64,000 nt of DNA from Eledone cirrhosa (taxonomy: Eukaryota), in NCBI GenBank assembly GCA_964016885.1, contig OZ024743.1:372682001-372746000 (forward strand), written 5' to 3'. A model generated the notes under the pieces. The model ran no database searches. It was given only the letters and a program-made list of their open reading frames with translations, and was not told the DNA's origin. Below are positions 39,097 to 51,217 of the stretch, in pieces. Made by a program: the position numbers and the translations under genes. Each line of letters opens with the position of its first letter. The first letter of the stretch is position 1.

Positions 39097-39310
39097 TGGA
39101 TTGGCAGAATCGGTAGAGCGTCAGACACTATGCTTTGCGGCATAGAGTTATGGCCCTTTATGTTCTGAGATCAAATCCTGCCGAGGTTGACTTTGCCTTT
39201 CATCCTTACGGGGGTCGATAAAATAAAGCACCAGTCACGCACTGGGGTCAATTTAATCGACTTTCCCTTCTCCCCACATTGCTGGCCTTGTGCCAAATTC
39301 AAAAACCATT
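39097..39310 (+). mobile_element. SINE family B copy
   Basis: ggattggcagaatcggtagag..gttgactttgcctttcatccttacgggggtcgataaaataaagcaccag. Confidence 0.82.
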
Positions 39311-39439
39311 ATTATCATCATCATTGACATCATCATCATCATCATTATTATTATCATCATTATTATTATTATTATTAATATTCTTATTCTCAATTGGGAA
39401 ATAAGGCTTCGGTATTTTAATGCCATTCACACCAGATAA

Positions 39440-39720
39440 GTTTTTTTTTTTTTACACTCAGTAGTTCTGGAGAAAGAAGCAGTGACCCTGACCTTCGCAG
39501 GTTTTCTGAGGCTAGAGAGATTGATGCCATTGACGTTCTGTTTAAATTGTTGCAGGTCCCCTCCTTTGGGAAAAACATAAGCTAGGAGGAAGTTCCTCAT
39601 AGCAGATGCTCTGGGTAGGAAGGATTGGGTATAGCAGTTAATGCAGGGCTTGTGGGGGTTGGACACAACATGGGTGGTAAGAAGGGGAAAGATAAATGAG
39701 TTGGGTTGGTACCAGAAGAA
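39440..39720 (-). mobile_element. 3' fragment of a CR1/L2/Jockey-type LINE
   Basis: YTQSFLPRASAMRNFLLAYVFPKGGDLQQFKQNVN resembles the SFFPR..WN.LP..VF....L..FK..V C-terminus. Confidence 0.55.
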
Positions 39721-39749
39721 CTAAGTTAGATGAGGTAATTTAGGTCCCT

Positions 39750-39824
39750 CCCAACCCAGGAACCGAACCCACAACATTATGATCGTAAGTCCAACACCCT
39801 TACCACTAAGCCACGTGGCTCCAC

Positions 39825-39884
<60 letters not shown>

Positions 39885-40080
39885 TCTTGAGCAAAACACT
39901 TCATTTCACATTTCTCCAGTATACTCAGCTGAAAATGAGTACCAGAAATAGCTGGGGGTTTAACCCTGCGATGGACTGGTGTCCTGTCCAGGGGGAGTCT
40001 TGTACTCTCAGTCGCTTCATGCCATGAAACCGGGATAAGCACCGGCCACATGAGCCTTCTGGCTTACGACAGACTTTAGA
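39750..40080. mobile_element. SINE copy with its tRNA head inverted relative to the body
   Basis: 39750-39822 is the reverse complement of the head seen at 37551-37625; 39880-40080 is the body in forward orientation. Confidence 0.8.
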
Positions 40081-41313
40081 CTTTTTTATATATATATCAA
40101 AAAAGAGAAGAATGACTCCACTCATGTCATATATCATATATATCTTTGTATATCTTTGTATATATGATATCAAGAAAACTATTTTTCCACAGACATTAAG
40201 AATCTCTCAAATTTAAATTATTGTATTAACATTTTTCATTTTTTCCTCCTTCTTCTCATATTAAAAGAACAGTAACTGAAGGAAAAAGACACTTGATATG
40301 CCCACCTTAATTAACAAATGTGATAAAGCAGAGGAAATTTGGAAAACTATACCCTTCACACCTGTGCCCCAGGAAATATTAGATGGCATTACCACCCTCC
40401 CTCACCTATTCTGTAACCAATATAGTTCATGATATTCTCATCTTACTAATAATCTGCATGTTCACTAAAATTATAGTTGAATCCTTCTTTATTATATGTA
40501 CAACAATTTGTTCATATTTGAGTGTTTTCTTATCCTGTAAAACTTTATACCCAATAATTTGACCTGCTCAAGCCCTACTCATTATTGATTCTACTTCCAC
40601 ATTGCATATGTTGGAGAACATATTTATTTAAACTCTATACAATATCATTATCATCATTTTGTATCCATTCTTCCATGAATTGAACAGATCTTCTCCAGCA
40701 CATCTCACTATCTCACTGTTTGTTGTGGTCCCTTATACTATTCAATATATATATATATGCACATACAAACTCATAAGCAAACATACAATGCAGTCAGCAT
40801 ATATATATATATATACAATACATAAACAGAGAAAGCCTTAAGCGATACTCTGACCAACTCCATCTCACTCAACAAACATTAGGATATACCTAAGTATTCT
40901 CCCAATTTAGTGTTTGGGGTGCTAACTAATCAGTATTTCGTGGATAGCTGGTTGTATTATTCTATATGAGACATTATTAAATAAATATCTCTTTCCTTCC
41001 AGACAGCCGTTTTGTTATAAGATTTTTACAGTTTGGGATAAATAATTTCCAGGTTATGTAGAAACTTGTATATAATCCATAGTTTTATACACAAGCGGTG
41101 GATGCCCAAATAATATCGATATAAGAATTATATCGACATTAATAGAATAGTGATGGTCTCCCTCAGCGCTAAGAAGAGACTGGTAGATTAGAAAAACCAG
41201 CAGTCCTCCCAAAGATAAAATACATGCTGTCCCCATATATATATATATATATTAGAAAGTGAGGTTTTTTTTACAAAATGAAAAATAACCGAGGTGTCCT
41301 ACACGAGTGAAAG

Positions 41314-41616
41314 TATAAAGAAAAAGAGATGAAATCGAAAATGCAACTGGAGTCTTATTTTTTTTTTAAATATATATATTTATTTGGTTCCTTTACCGGT
41401 TTCGCAATTCTTCTGCTTTTCAAAAGGTGAGTTGAGATGGAGGGTCTGTGGTTTTTCTCACATCAGATGTGAGAAAAACCACAGACCCTCCATCTCAACT
41501 CACCTTTTGAAAAGCAGAAGAATTGCGAAACCGGTAAAGGAACCAAATAAATATATATATTTTTTTTTAAAATAAGACTCCAGTTGCATTTTCGATTTCA
41601 TCTCTTTTTCTTTATA
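41314..41616. repeat. Near-perfect ~150-bp-arm palindrome with a decayed hammerhead core
   Basis: Centre cacatc-a-gatgtg at 41465. 41503-41540 reads cctt TTGAAAA gca..tgc GAA accggt A aagg. Confidence 0.92.
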
Positions 41617-41619
41617 TCA

Positions 41620-41935
41620 TCATCATCATCATCATCATCATCACGTTTAACGTCCGTGTTCCACGCTTGCATGGGTTTGGACGGGGGTATTTCCCACTTG
41701 AGGCAAGAGTGATTGTCTTGCTCGCATAGGACTGTCTGGCGGGTTTTCTACAGCTGGATGCCCTTCTTAACACCAACCACATTTACAGTGTGGGGCTGGG
41801 AGGTTTTTACCGTGTTGCCGACACGGCCACATTACAGCGTGGACTGTGTGTTTTTTTGTCGTGACACCTACACGATCTCATTTGTTTCGGCCTGGATGTT
41901 GTGGCACCAACATAACTTTACATTGAAAGGGGCGG
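41620..41935 (-). mobile_element. RTE-derived non-autonomous element (copies also at 47835-48115 + and 55788-56128 -)
   Basis: (cat)n tail then cgtccgtgttccacgcttgcatgggtttggacggg..agctggatgcccttc..acaccaaccacatttacagtgtgg. Near-identical at 55788-56128. Confidence 0.8.
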
Positions 41936-41980
41936 TGTGGATGGGGTGGGGGTGGTGGGACGGGGGTGATATATATATAT

Positions 41981-42316
41981 ATATTGTTATACTTGGGGAG
42001 GGTCATATTTGTGTAATATTGCCAGAATTAATAACAGAACACACTCACTGTTTGGTTGGTTTTCGCTTCTCGCTTCTGTGTCTTTTATATCGGTAATCTA
42101 ATTTACTCGGTCCTCAATTGGTTTTCGCTTCTCGCTTCTGTGTCTTTTATATCGGTAATCTAATTTACTTGGTCCTCAATTGAGGACCAAGTAAGTTAGA
42201 TTACCGATATAAAAGACACAGAAGCGAGAAGCGAAAACCAACCAAACAGTGAGTGTGTTCTGTTATTAATTCTGGCAATATTACACAAATATGACCCTCC
42301 CCAAGTATAACAATAT
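41981..42316. repeat. Long palindrome with a ~62-bp tandem duplication in the left arm
   Basis: Centre ggtcctcaattgaggacc. ggttttcgcttctcgcttctgtgtc..ggtcctcaatt is repeated twice. A related single arm lies at ~47548-47650. Confidence 0.9.
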
Positions 42317-42614
42317 TTGTTTCGACACACGATTTCATATAAAAAACCTCGCAAAACTAATTCATCGCCGTTATATATATATACATATATATATATATAC
42401 AAGAACATATGTAAATAAGATGTAAGCCCCATGGGCTGTCTGCGAGGTCAATAGCTCTGATTAAGTAATGAATTGGTCTCTGACAACCTCTCCAATCTTT
42501 GCTGGCTAGGAGAGAAAAGAGGCATTAAATGATGATGATGATGATGATGATAATGATATATATATATACATATATAAACATATACATATATTTATTTGCA
42601 TATATATATGTATG

Positions 42615-42689
<75 letters not shown>

Positions 42690-42705
42690 TAAAATAACAG
42701 ATTAA

Positions 42706-42756
42706 AGTTTAAGCAAAGAATCGCTGCTTTCACCCTTAACGGGATCTTCTGAAACT
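42706..42756 (-). ncRNA. Hammerhead-like motif with variant core CAGAAGA, second copy
   Basis: Minus strand: agttt CAGAAGA tcccgttaagggt GAA agca gcgattctt tgct T aaact. Confidence 0.5.
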
Positions 42757-42989
42757 CTTTGGATTTTAGTCTTCAATTTTATTATTATTACTATTATTAT
42801 TATTATTACTATATATATATAAATATATATATATATAATGCATATATATATATATATATAGATATACAGGATATGTATCCAGATATTTCTCCCAGTTCAT
42901 TCTAAATTCTTAATAAGTACCTCATAATATTTCATTTCTTCTGCTTCACTATAGCATAAGCTTTGATTAATTTCTTTTTTAATGTCTTA

Positions 42990-43225
42990 TCTTTTGAATG
43001 TCTTAGCTTTCAAACAACTCATTTTTGAACATCTTATATTTTGTGTGTCTTATACTTTGAATGCCTTAAACTTTGAATGCCTTATATTTTAACTTTGAAT
43101 GCCTTATATTTTGAATGCTTTATACTTTGAATGCCTTATATTTTGAATGTCTTATAGTTTGAATGTTTTATCTCAGTTTTACCTTATAAATGCCTCATAT
43201 TTGAATGTCTTAATCTTTCAATGTC
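42990..43225. repeat. Degenerate ~18-bp tandem repeat (tttgaatgccttata)
   Basis: Direct inspection. Confidence 0.8.
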
Positions 43226-43519
43226 CTATGTTTTATTAATTTCGGCATGAGGCCAGCAATTTAGGGGGGAAAGTCGATTATATCACCCCAGATAACTAGA
43301 CTGGTACTTTATTTTGTCGACTTTAGAAAGATGAAAGACAAAGTTGACCTTAGTGGGATTTGAACTTTGAACATACCTATGCTTTAATTATAATACACAT
43401 TTTTACTTCATTAGAATTCATAAAGGATTCCCCATTATGATGCAATCATATTTAGCTAACTATAATTTTACATAATCCAATTAAAATGAACAAAAAGATT
43501 ACACATTATTTATTAAACA

Positions 43520-43850
43520 AGAGTTTCCATTGAAGCTGCTCTGTTAACTTCTAGCTGTGGGGTCTACATATGTTATGCCAGGGACTCTAATGGAAGCAAT
43601 GTAGACAATACAGACAATAGAATGAGTAGAGTTTCCATTGAAGCTGCTCTGTTAACTTCTAGCTGTGGGGTCTACATATGTTATGCCAGGGACTCTAATG
43701 GAAGCAATGTAGACAATACAGACAATAGAATGAGTAGAGTTTCCATTGAAGCTGCTCTGTTAACTTCTAGTTGTGGGGTCTACATATGTTATGCCAGGGA
43801 CTCTAATGGAAGCAATGTAGACAATACAGACAATAGAATGAGTAGAGTTT
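43520..43850. repeat. 108-bp tandem repeat x3
   Basis: agagtttccattgaagctgctc.. recurs at 43521, 43628 and 43736. Confidence 0.95.
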
Positions 43851-43984
43851 CTAATGAAAATGTGGCAATGCCTTTTTGTTGTGGTCATCTTTAGCTTGCT
43901 TTAAATAGTTCTGAAGCCTTCTTACTGGTCTTTCATTTCTAATAATAATGATAAAAATAACAATACTAATACTACTAATAATAA

Positions 43985-44382
43985 TGATTTAGGCATACAG
44001 CCATCAAATTTTGGGGAGGGAAAAGTCAATTAAATCAACCCCAGTACATTACTGATGCTTTATTTTATCGACCCCGTAAGGATGAAAAGTAAAACTAACC
44101 ACAGTGGAATCTGAACTGAGAATATAAAGGGACGTAACTATATGCCATACAGCATGTTGTCTGATGCTCTACCGATACTGCCAATCCACCGCCCTATTAC
44201 AACTACTAATACTAATAATAATTGTTTCCACTTTTGGCACAAGGCCAGCAATTAACCAGTGTATTACTGGTACTTTATTTTATCGACCCCGTAAGGATGA
44301 AAGGCAAAGTTAACCTCGGCGGGATTTGAACTCAGATCACAAAGGGCCGTAACTCTATGCTGGAAAGCATGGCGTCCGACCT
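43985..44382 (-). mobile_element. Two adjacent SINE family B copies
   Basis: Reverse-complement core atcgaccccgtaaggatgaaa occurs twice. Confidence 0.82.
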
Positions 44383-44394
44383 AATAATAATAAT

Positions 44395-44605
44395 AGGCAT
44401 AAAGTGGATTTTTGTGTGCAAAAAAATGTTAAACTAAAATTAACAGTAAAAATTTCAAACAAAAGAAAATTCCCCAATAGGAGGAAGACTTCTGAGACTC
44501 ACTTGTGGAGAAAGCCCACAAAAAAGCCACAGTCATCTTGACTGACTGGGCAAGTCCCCCATCTCAGTTATCCTCCTCCGATCTACAGGTACATACTCAG
44601 AGTAT
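44395..44605 (-). mobile_element. 3' fragment of the same Tx1/L1 family
   Basis: Aligns by eye with 17140-17356 (aaa(t)tccccaata..agacttct..cacttg..cccacaaaaagccacagtca..acatactcagag). Preceded by (AAT)n. Confidence 0.75.
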
Positions 44606-45690
44606 ACCTGTTGACTTGGACCAAAAACAAATTAAATGGACATGGTGGGGCGGTACAAAGAAGTGATGTAAGCTTTCTACTACTGAATAGAAAAACCAGG
44701 GACAAATCAAACTGAAGATGCCTTTAAGATTTGGAGAAATAGAAATAAGGATAGGCCTAAGCCCCTAAACCCCAATAAGTTAGCAAACATGAGGAGTAGC
44801 ATATAGGATCGATCGACTTTCGTCAAATCGGACCGAGGAAACAATGTTTTCGTCGGTCTTTCCATTGCTAATACTATCTATCGGTCGCAACTCCAGGTAG
44901 CATAATGAGAAGAAAAAAATTTACAAATGCAGAACTAAGTAAAATAAAACAATTTTTTAAGAAGATTTAAATACTTGTATTACTAAAATAGAAAAAACAA
45001 CCAACAGAAGTGACAGATTAGCTTTGTGGTCCCCATGAAACAAGTTTCTCCATTTATCCCTATCATCTATATGTCCTTTCATCATTGCAGGATTCACCAT
45101 GGTGCTTAGGTGTGCTTAAGCACAGGGCCCTGTTGGTCAGGGGGTCTCAGCTTCCTGCCAAAACCTAGCACAGGGCCTCATTTGTCCTAAATCCGGCACT
45201 GCCTCTCATCAAACCCTCTGGCTTTATAATATTTCAATAATGAAATACTAAATAATTGAAATAAATCCCTCTAAATTCTTTATTAATATATTGAGATACA
45301 ATGTGTTTCATTAGAAATAAGGTTATTGAAAGGTTAAAGAGATATAAAATCAAGACAGAATACCAGAAGAATTGATTGGAAAGCTAAATGTCAAACATTT
45401 CCTTGCCAAAATTGAATGTTCCTGATGAGAATAAATACTGGAGAATATTTCTGTCTGTGTGTTATCTAGCAAACTTCCATTAGGATTAAGATTTTATCAC
45501 AGATTAAGATAAACTAGTTTGAGTATTATCTATAAATTATAGCGAATGGATCTCCATCAATTTCGATGTTGAGTGATCCAGTTGTTTGGTCAATGTAACA
45601 GCCTACTCATGAAATTAATGTGTGACAGAGCATTCTACTGACATATGAGGAATTCAAATGTCTACCTACAATTATATCTAGATAAACATA

Positions 45691-46016
45691 GAGGCACATG
45701 GCTTAGTGTTTAGAGCATTAGCCTTGCAATCGAAAGGTTGTGAGTTCAATTCTCAGACCGGGTGATGTGTTGTTTCCTTGAGCAAGACACTTTATTTCAC
45801 ATTGCTCCAGTTTACTCAGCTGTAGAAATGAGATGATAGGGACTGGGGTCCCTATCATTCCACTGTAAAGTGGACGTGGAGGCGCCATGGCATAAAAGCA
45901 CCCAGCACTCACTGTAAATGAGGTTGGTGTTAGGAAGGGCATCCAGCTGTAGAAATCAAGCCAGAATCAGTTCCCGTCCCAACCTTGCAAGCAGGGAAAA
46001 GCGGACGTAAAATGAA
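45691..46016 (+). mobile_element. SINE family A copy
   Basis: Near-identical to 15204-15532. Confidence 0.88.
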
Positions 46017-46960
46017 ATGAAAAAAATGAAACAGAGATGCCAGCCCGTCAGTTGCCAGAAAATTAGTGTTATACATATATTATCATCATCATTTAACATC
46101 CATTTTCACTGCTAGCAAAGGTGAGACAGGTCTTTACAGATTGAGTCAGTATTTAAGCAGAGCTGCTGGCTTCTTTGATGTGCCAGGGGTCTGCATCTTG
46201 CTTACTCATGTTCCCACACACTTATGAATACTCCAATGGGCATCCCACTTACAAACGTTCACACACTCTACCAACTGTATTTTATCATGGCACCAACCCT
46301 AAGGAGGCTGTCATGTCTTTGCATAGCTGAAAAATTCTCCTCATCCTTTATTTGACAAGTTTTCTTCAGCTAGATGCCCTCCCTATCATCAACCCCTCTA
46401 CAGAGTGTTATGGATACATTTGTCAAATAGATCACCAATACTAGGGAGGTTGTCATCTCCTTAACTAATAACAACAAAAACAACAATAACAACAATAATA
46501 AAAATAATGATAATAATGGTGATGATGATATAATGATGTCAGAAGAAATGTTAAATAGCACAATGAACTTGCAGAGTTATTAGTGTGTCAGATAGGAAAT
46601 CTTGTGCTATTCCAACTTTCTGAGTTCTAATACAGCTGAGGAGCTCAACTTTGCTTTTTATTCTTTTGGGGTCAATAAAATAAAGTACCATCCCATGGAG
46701 TTGGATTGGTGGAATTGTTAGAGCATTGAACGAGATGTTTTGTGCCATCTGTTCTGGTACTTTGCATTCTGATTTCAAATCTACCAATGGTTAGGGCTAA
46801 GCCCCCAACCATGGGTCCACCACTGATTATGGAGGCTGCAAGAGGTGGAAGAGAATTGTGGGCAACCACTGCAGCATTTGAGCAAGGATGATAATGACAA
46901 TTGTAAAATTACAATATTTTCCATTTTGAACAGAGTTTTAGGTGTGTTGCTTATGTTGCA

Positions 46961-47003
<43 letters not shown>

Positions 47004-47009
<6 letters not shown>

Positions 47010-47125
47010 ATAGAAGGAGCTTCTACAGGACTAGTACTGTTTCATTCAGATGAAATCTTCAGCTTCCTGAAGATTTCATCTGAATGAAACAGTACTAGTC
47101 CTGTAGAAGCTCCTTCTATAAAATA
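47004..47125. repeat. Perfect palindrome, 59-bp arms, containing the hammerhead motif
   Basis: tattttatagaaggagcttctacagg..tcttcag cttc ctgaaga..cctgtagaagctccttctataaaata. Confidence 0.93.
47061..47111 (+). ncRNA. Type I hammerhead ribozyme motif
   Basis: Stem I agcttc/gaagct; core CTGAAGA; stem II ttca-tc-tgaa (closed by a T-T mismatch); GAA; stem III acag/ctgt; GTA cleavage triplet. Confidence 0.75.
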
Positions 47126-47272
47126 AAAAAATTTTACTCTGCCATGTATTGAGTACCTTACTTACTGTGGTTATCCCCGACTCAACCCGGGACCTACGTA
47201 TATATATATATATATATATATAATCCTTATTGAGCCCTCTATTGATTTTAGTCTTCACATTTATTATTATTA

Positions 47273-47389
47273 TATATATTAAATTAAGAGTAGTTAAGAT
47301 GGGTTACTTCACCTACATTTGCTTTATTGCATGAATAAAGCAAATATAGGTGAAGTAACTCCATCTTAATTACTCTTAATTTAATATAT
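47273..47389. repeat. Imperfect palindrome between (TA)n runs
   Basis: attaaattaagagta..gttacttcaccta..tttgctttatt / aataaagcaaat..taggtgaagtaac..tactcttaatttaat. Confidence 0.85.
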
Positions 47390-48330
47390 ATATATATACT
47401 CCATCACTCTTAATCACCAACTTTTAGCTGGAATAAACTACTGACATGAAGTGCTTTTGGATCGCCCAACCCAGTTTATCCTCATGAAGCTACAGTGTAA
47501 CAACCACATATAAGCACGTTATCTTCTGCAATATATATATATATATTTAGGGCGGGTCATATTGTTATAATATTGACAGAAATAATAATAAAACACACTT
47601 ACTGTTTGGTTTGGATTGGATTTCACTTCTGTATATGTTATATCCCTATAGTTAATTTAGCTGGCAATCAATGTTTATCATTGATTGACCAATGGTTAAA
47701 AATATAGATATAAATATATATATATATATATAGTCTATATAAATATATAGATATAAATATATATATATAGTCTATATAAATATATAGATATAAATATATA
47801 CATATAGTCTATATTTTTAACCTATATATATATGTTGGTACCACAACATCCAGTCCTAAATAAATGAGGTTGTGTAGGTGTCACGACAAAAAAAAACACA
47901 CAGTCCATGCTGTAATGTGGCCATGTAGGTAACACAGTAAAACCTCCCAGTCCACACTGTAAACATGGTTGGTGTTAGGAAGGGCATCCAGCTGTAGAAA
48001 ACCCGCCAGACAGTCCCGAGCAAGACAACCAGTCTTGCCTCAAGTGGGACAATTCCCGTCCAGACCCATGCTAGCGTGGAAGATAGACGTCAAACGATGA
48101 TGATGATGATGATGATATAAGTATATATATATATATATAGTGTAGTTGTAATAAATATCCAAAGTTGGTAGAGCACTCAATCTGAGTGACAAGTTGTGTT
48201 ATATGATGGCTGAACTGAGGACCTGAAAGGGTCTGTTAAACTCACCCAGTGAAACACATGTATCTAGAAAATGTATTGTTAATATAATAAAAATTATATA
48301 TATATATGAGTATTTCTTTTTATTATTTAG

Positions 48331-48525
48331 AGCCAAGCTGATGAAGAATGGAAATTTGCTCGTTCCCGACTCTGGATAAGTTACTTTCTAGAAGGCGCAA
48401 CTGTTCCTCCACCTTTTAACATCTTTCCCAGTCCAAAGTCTTTTACAAATGTTGTTGCATCCATCAAAAATCTACTCCTGGCTCACACAGCAGAACAGAA
48501 GACAGCCAAATGGAAGAATGTTCGG
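48331..48525 (+). CDS. TRPC: TRPC exon w7 (TRP box and proline-rich TRP box 2)
   Basis: atttag|AGC ... CGG|gtaagt. Translates [38 protein letters not shown]..; EWKFAR is the TRPC signature. Phase 0 to 0. Confidence 0.96.
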
Positions 48526-49916
48526 GTAAGTCAATTCAACAAGACATTAACCCTAAAACTTCCTCTGATTCATCAAAGCAAAACCCTTTTTCAAAGTTTC
48601 TTATCTAAATAAAAACCTTCCATCATTATTTGATATGTCATATATACTTGTATATAAGCCAAGAAAAAAATCAATGGTAAAAATGCAGATTTTCAACAAC
48701 TTCAAAATTCTACGTAATGTGGTGCTAAAATATTTTCACTTCGGTTTACTTTGGAGGTGAACATTACACTAGTTTCACTTCAGAGGTGAAATTTGTATTT
48801 CCTATTGTTTTTATGTTTTGAGTCAATATGGTCTTCAAAATGTCCAGAAATTGGTAAAAAATCATTATATAATGGAGTTGTGAAACAAAAACTATACACT
48901 AAACAACACTTAAAACATTTTATATAAGAAATATTAAAACTTCATAAATATATTCTCCACTCATGAAGATTTCAAAACCACACCATCTAAGCATAATGTG
49001 TTGGTTAGCTGCCACAGCTTATAAACAGGATTTGGGTTTTTGCTTATTTCTCAAATATAAAATAGGGAGTTTGGCTTATATTCAAGTATATATGGTAAGC
49101 ACCATTTGTTAAGTTATGTTACAAATACCATCTTAATAATAAAATAATTAATAATTTTAGTAAATCCCTCCAAATTCTTCATTAATTAATAAAAATATGA
49201 ATATTGTAACAAAAGAGTTAATGGAAAAATCTGTTTTGATGTTGTTGTAGTAGTTCTGGTCAGCTCTGGTCAATTCTGGTTCATCTTGGCTAGCTCTGGT
49301 CAGCCCTTGCTGTATAACATCAGCTATGTTCAACCTTAGATCACCTTGATTAGCTCTGGTCAGCCATAGTCAGCTCTTGTAAGCTTTGGTTGACGCTGTC
49401 AGCTCTGGTTAGCTATAGTTAGCCATGGTTAGCTATAAGTATTAATGTGGTGTGGTAAATAAATATATACATATACACCAGGTTTGAACACAGGAACCAA
49501 ACTCCCATAGTCACTGCCTCCGTCTTACTCACTCTTTCACTATTATAAGCAAATGGGTGCCCCATGGCCTCAGCAGACAGAATAGGGAAGGTGTTTCCTT
49601 GGAGGGTAGTGAGGGAGATGTGTTGGAAGAGCCATTCCAGTTTGTGAGGCTCACACCTGCGAGTAGCCAACTCTGTGCCGATGGTAGTGAGTAGGAAGGT
49701 GGTCCTCGTGCCATGAACACCAGAATTCTCCATTACTATGGGCTCGACCACACATCTCTCAGAGAGAGACCAATTATTATTTCATTGTTTCGTAATTTCA
49801 TTGCTTCATTAGTTCCCTATTTCATTGCCTCATTCCTCTTTTAATATTGTTTCATTATTATTTCATTATTGTTTCGTTATTATTTCATTATCATTTCTTC
49901 CATTTCTATTCTTCAG

Positions 49917-49958
49917 TCCACTGTCACAAACATTAACAAGAGAGAAATTCGTTACCAG
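49917..49958 (+). CDS. TRPC: TRPC micro-exon w8 (42 nt, start of rib helix / CIRB-like region)
   Basis: Long pyrimidine tract, cttcag|TCC ... CAG|gtaaaa. Translates STVTNINKREIRYQ, which joins VVIRKLISRY to recreate the TRPC YQ-x-V-x-R-x-L-x-x-RY motif. Confidence 0.85.
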
Positions 49959-50007
49959 GTAAAATTCTATATTTATTATTTCTTTGAGAAAGTCAGTTGT
50001 GTGTATA

Positions 50008-50300
50008 TCCTTCTTCTTCGCCCACTTATTCCTGAGAGGGTCATGGGGGAAGAGTTTTCAAACACTCCTTCCAGCAGGTCCTGTCAGAAGCAACCATTTC
50101 CAACTGATCAGGCTGGATCACCAAGCCAAACAAGCCAAGCTCATGGATGTTATCCAAACATCTTGCTCGGGGTCAACCTCTGGGTTTCCTGCCAGGTGGT
50201 TTTGCTCGTAAAATCTATCCAGTGATTCTTTCCTGAAACATTCTAACCATATGGCCATGGGGCTTCTCCAATAAAGTGCGTAGCTCAGAGATCAGAGAGT
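50008..50300 (-). mobile_element. Decayed RTE-type LINE 3' fragment
   Basis: Minus strand reads RKPRG*PRARCLD (RPRGRPR..W.D motif), with a (gaa)n tail. Confidence 0.45.
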
Positions 50301-50471
50301 CACTCCAGGTAGAGCCACTACTTCTCCAAATTGAAAGATCACAGCTCTGATACAATGGGCATGTGTGTATATTCAATTTAGAATATGTACACTGTATCCC
50401 TGCCCTGCATGTTGTAAGAGGCATCGGTGCCAGGAAGGGTATCTAACTATAAAATATTACCTTAATAGGGC

Positions 50472-50660
50472 GATGGATTGGCAGTATCGGTAGAGGGTCG
50501 GACGCCATGCTTTGCAGCAAAGAGTTACGACCCTTTGTGGTCTGAGTTCAAATCCCGCTGAGGTTAACTTTGCCTTTCATCCTTACAGGGTCAATAAAAT
50601 AAAGTACCAGTAATGCACTGGGTAATTGCTGGCCTTGTGCCAAAAATAGAAACAATTATC
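50472..50660 (+). mobile_element. SINE family B (conserved central domain aactttgcctttcatccttacggggtcgataaaataaagtaccag)
   Basis: tRNA-like head tggcagtatcggtagag..gagttcaaatccc and tail tgctggccttgtgccaaaa..gaaacaattat. Confidence 0.85.
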
Positions 50661-50840
50661 TTAAGAAGGACTCTATGAGGAGTATGAAGCTAAGCAGGAG
50701 GCCTGCAAGGCTAACCTCTGCTTAACCCTTTTGTTACCAAACCAGTCAAAACCAGCTCTGATTCTATGAAGTAAAACCACCCATTTTAAATGTTTCCAAT
50801 TTAAATTAAAATCTTCCAGCATATAAGAACTTTACATTAA

Positions 50841-51217
50841 CCCTTTAGCATTTAAACCTGTCATATCCAGTCAGAATTCTCTTTCTTCTTTCTGTTCAAA
50901 CCGGCTGGAACTAGCCACTCATACTGATGTTAATATATTGTTCTCAAAATAAATAATATCAAAATCTCATAGATTCAATATTATGTGATTCAATATTACC
51001 GTGAAAATACAATAACATATATAGAATAATTGTTTCTACTTTTGGCACAAGGCCAGCAATTACTCAGTGTATTACTGGTACTTTATTTTATTGACCCTGG
51101 AAAGGCAAAGTTAACCTCGGTGGGATTTGAACTCAGAATGGAAAGGGCCGTAACTCTTTGCGTCAAAGCATGGCGTCCGACCCTCTACCGATACTGCCAA
51201 ATGTAAATGCTAAAGGG
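50841..51217. mobile_element. piggyBac-like MITE (inner), TTAA target duplication
   Basis: ttaa|ccctttagcattta ... taaatgctaaaggg|ttaa. Further copies at ~12324-12553 and ~57801-58148. Confidence 0.8.
51027..51200 (-). mobile_element. SINE family B copy nested in a MITE
   Basis: Reverse complement of 50472-50660. Confidence 0.85.

Noticed and set aside
43622-43894. 90-aa ORF with an internal repeat
   Set aside because: Translation of the 108-bp tandem repeat; no splice context or recognisable family.
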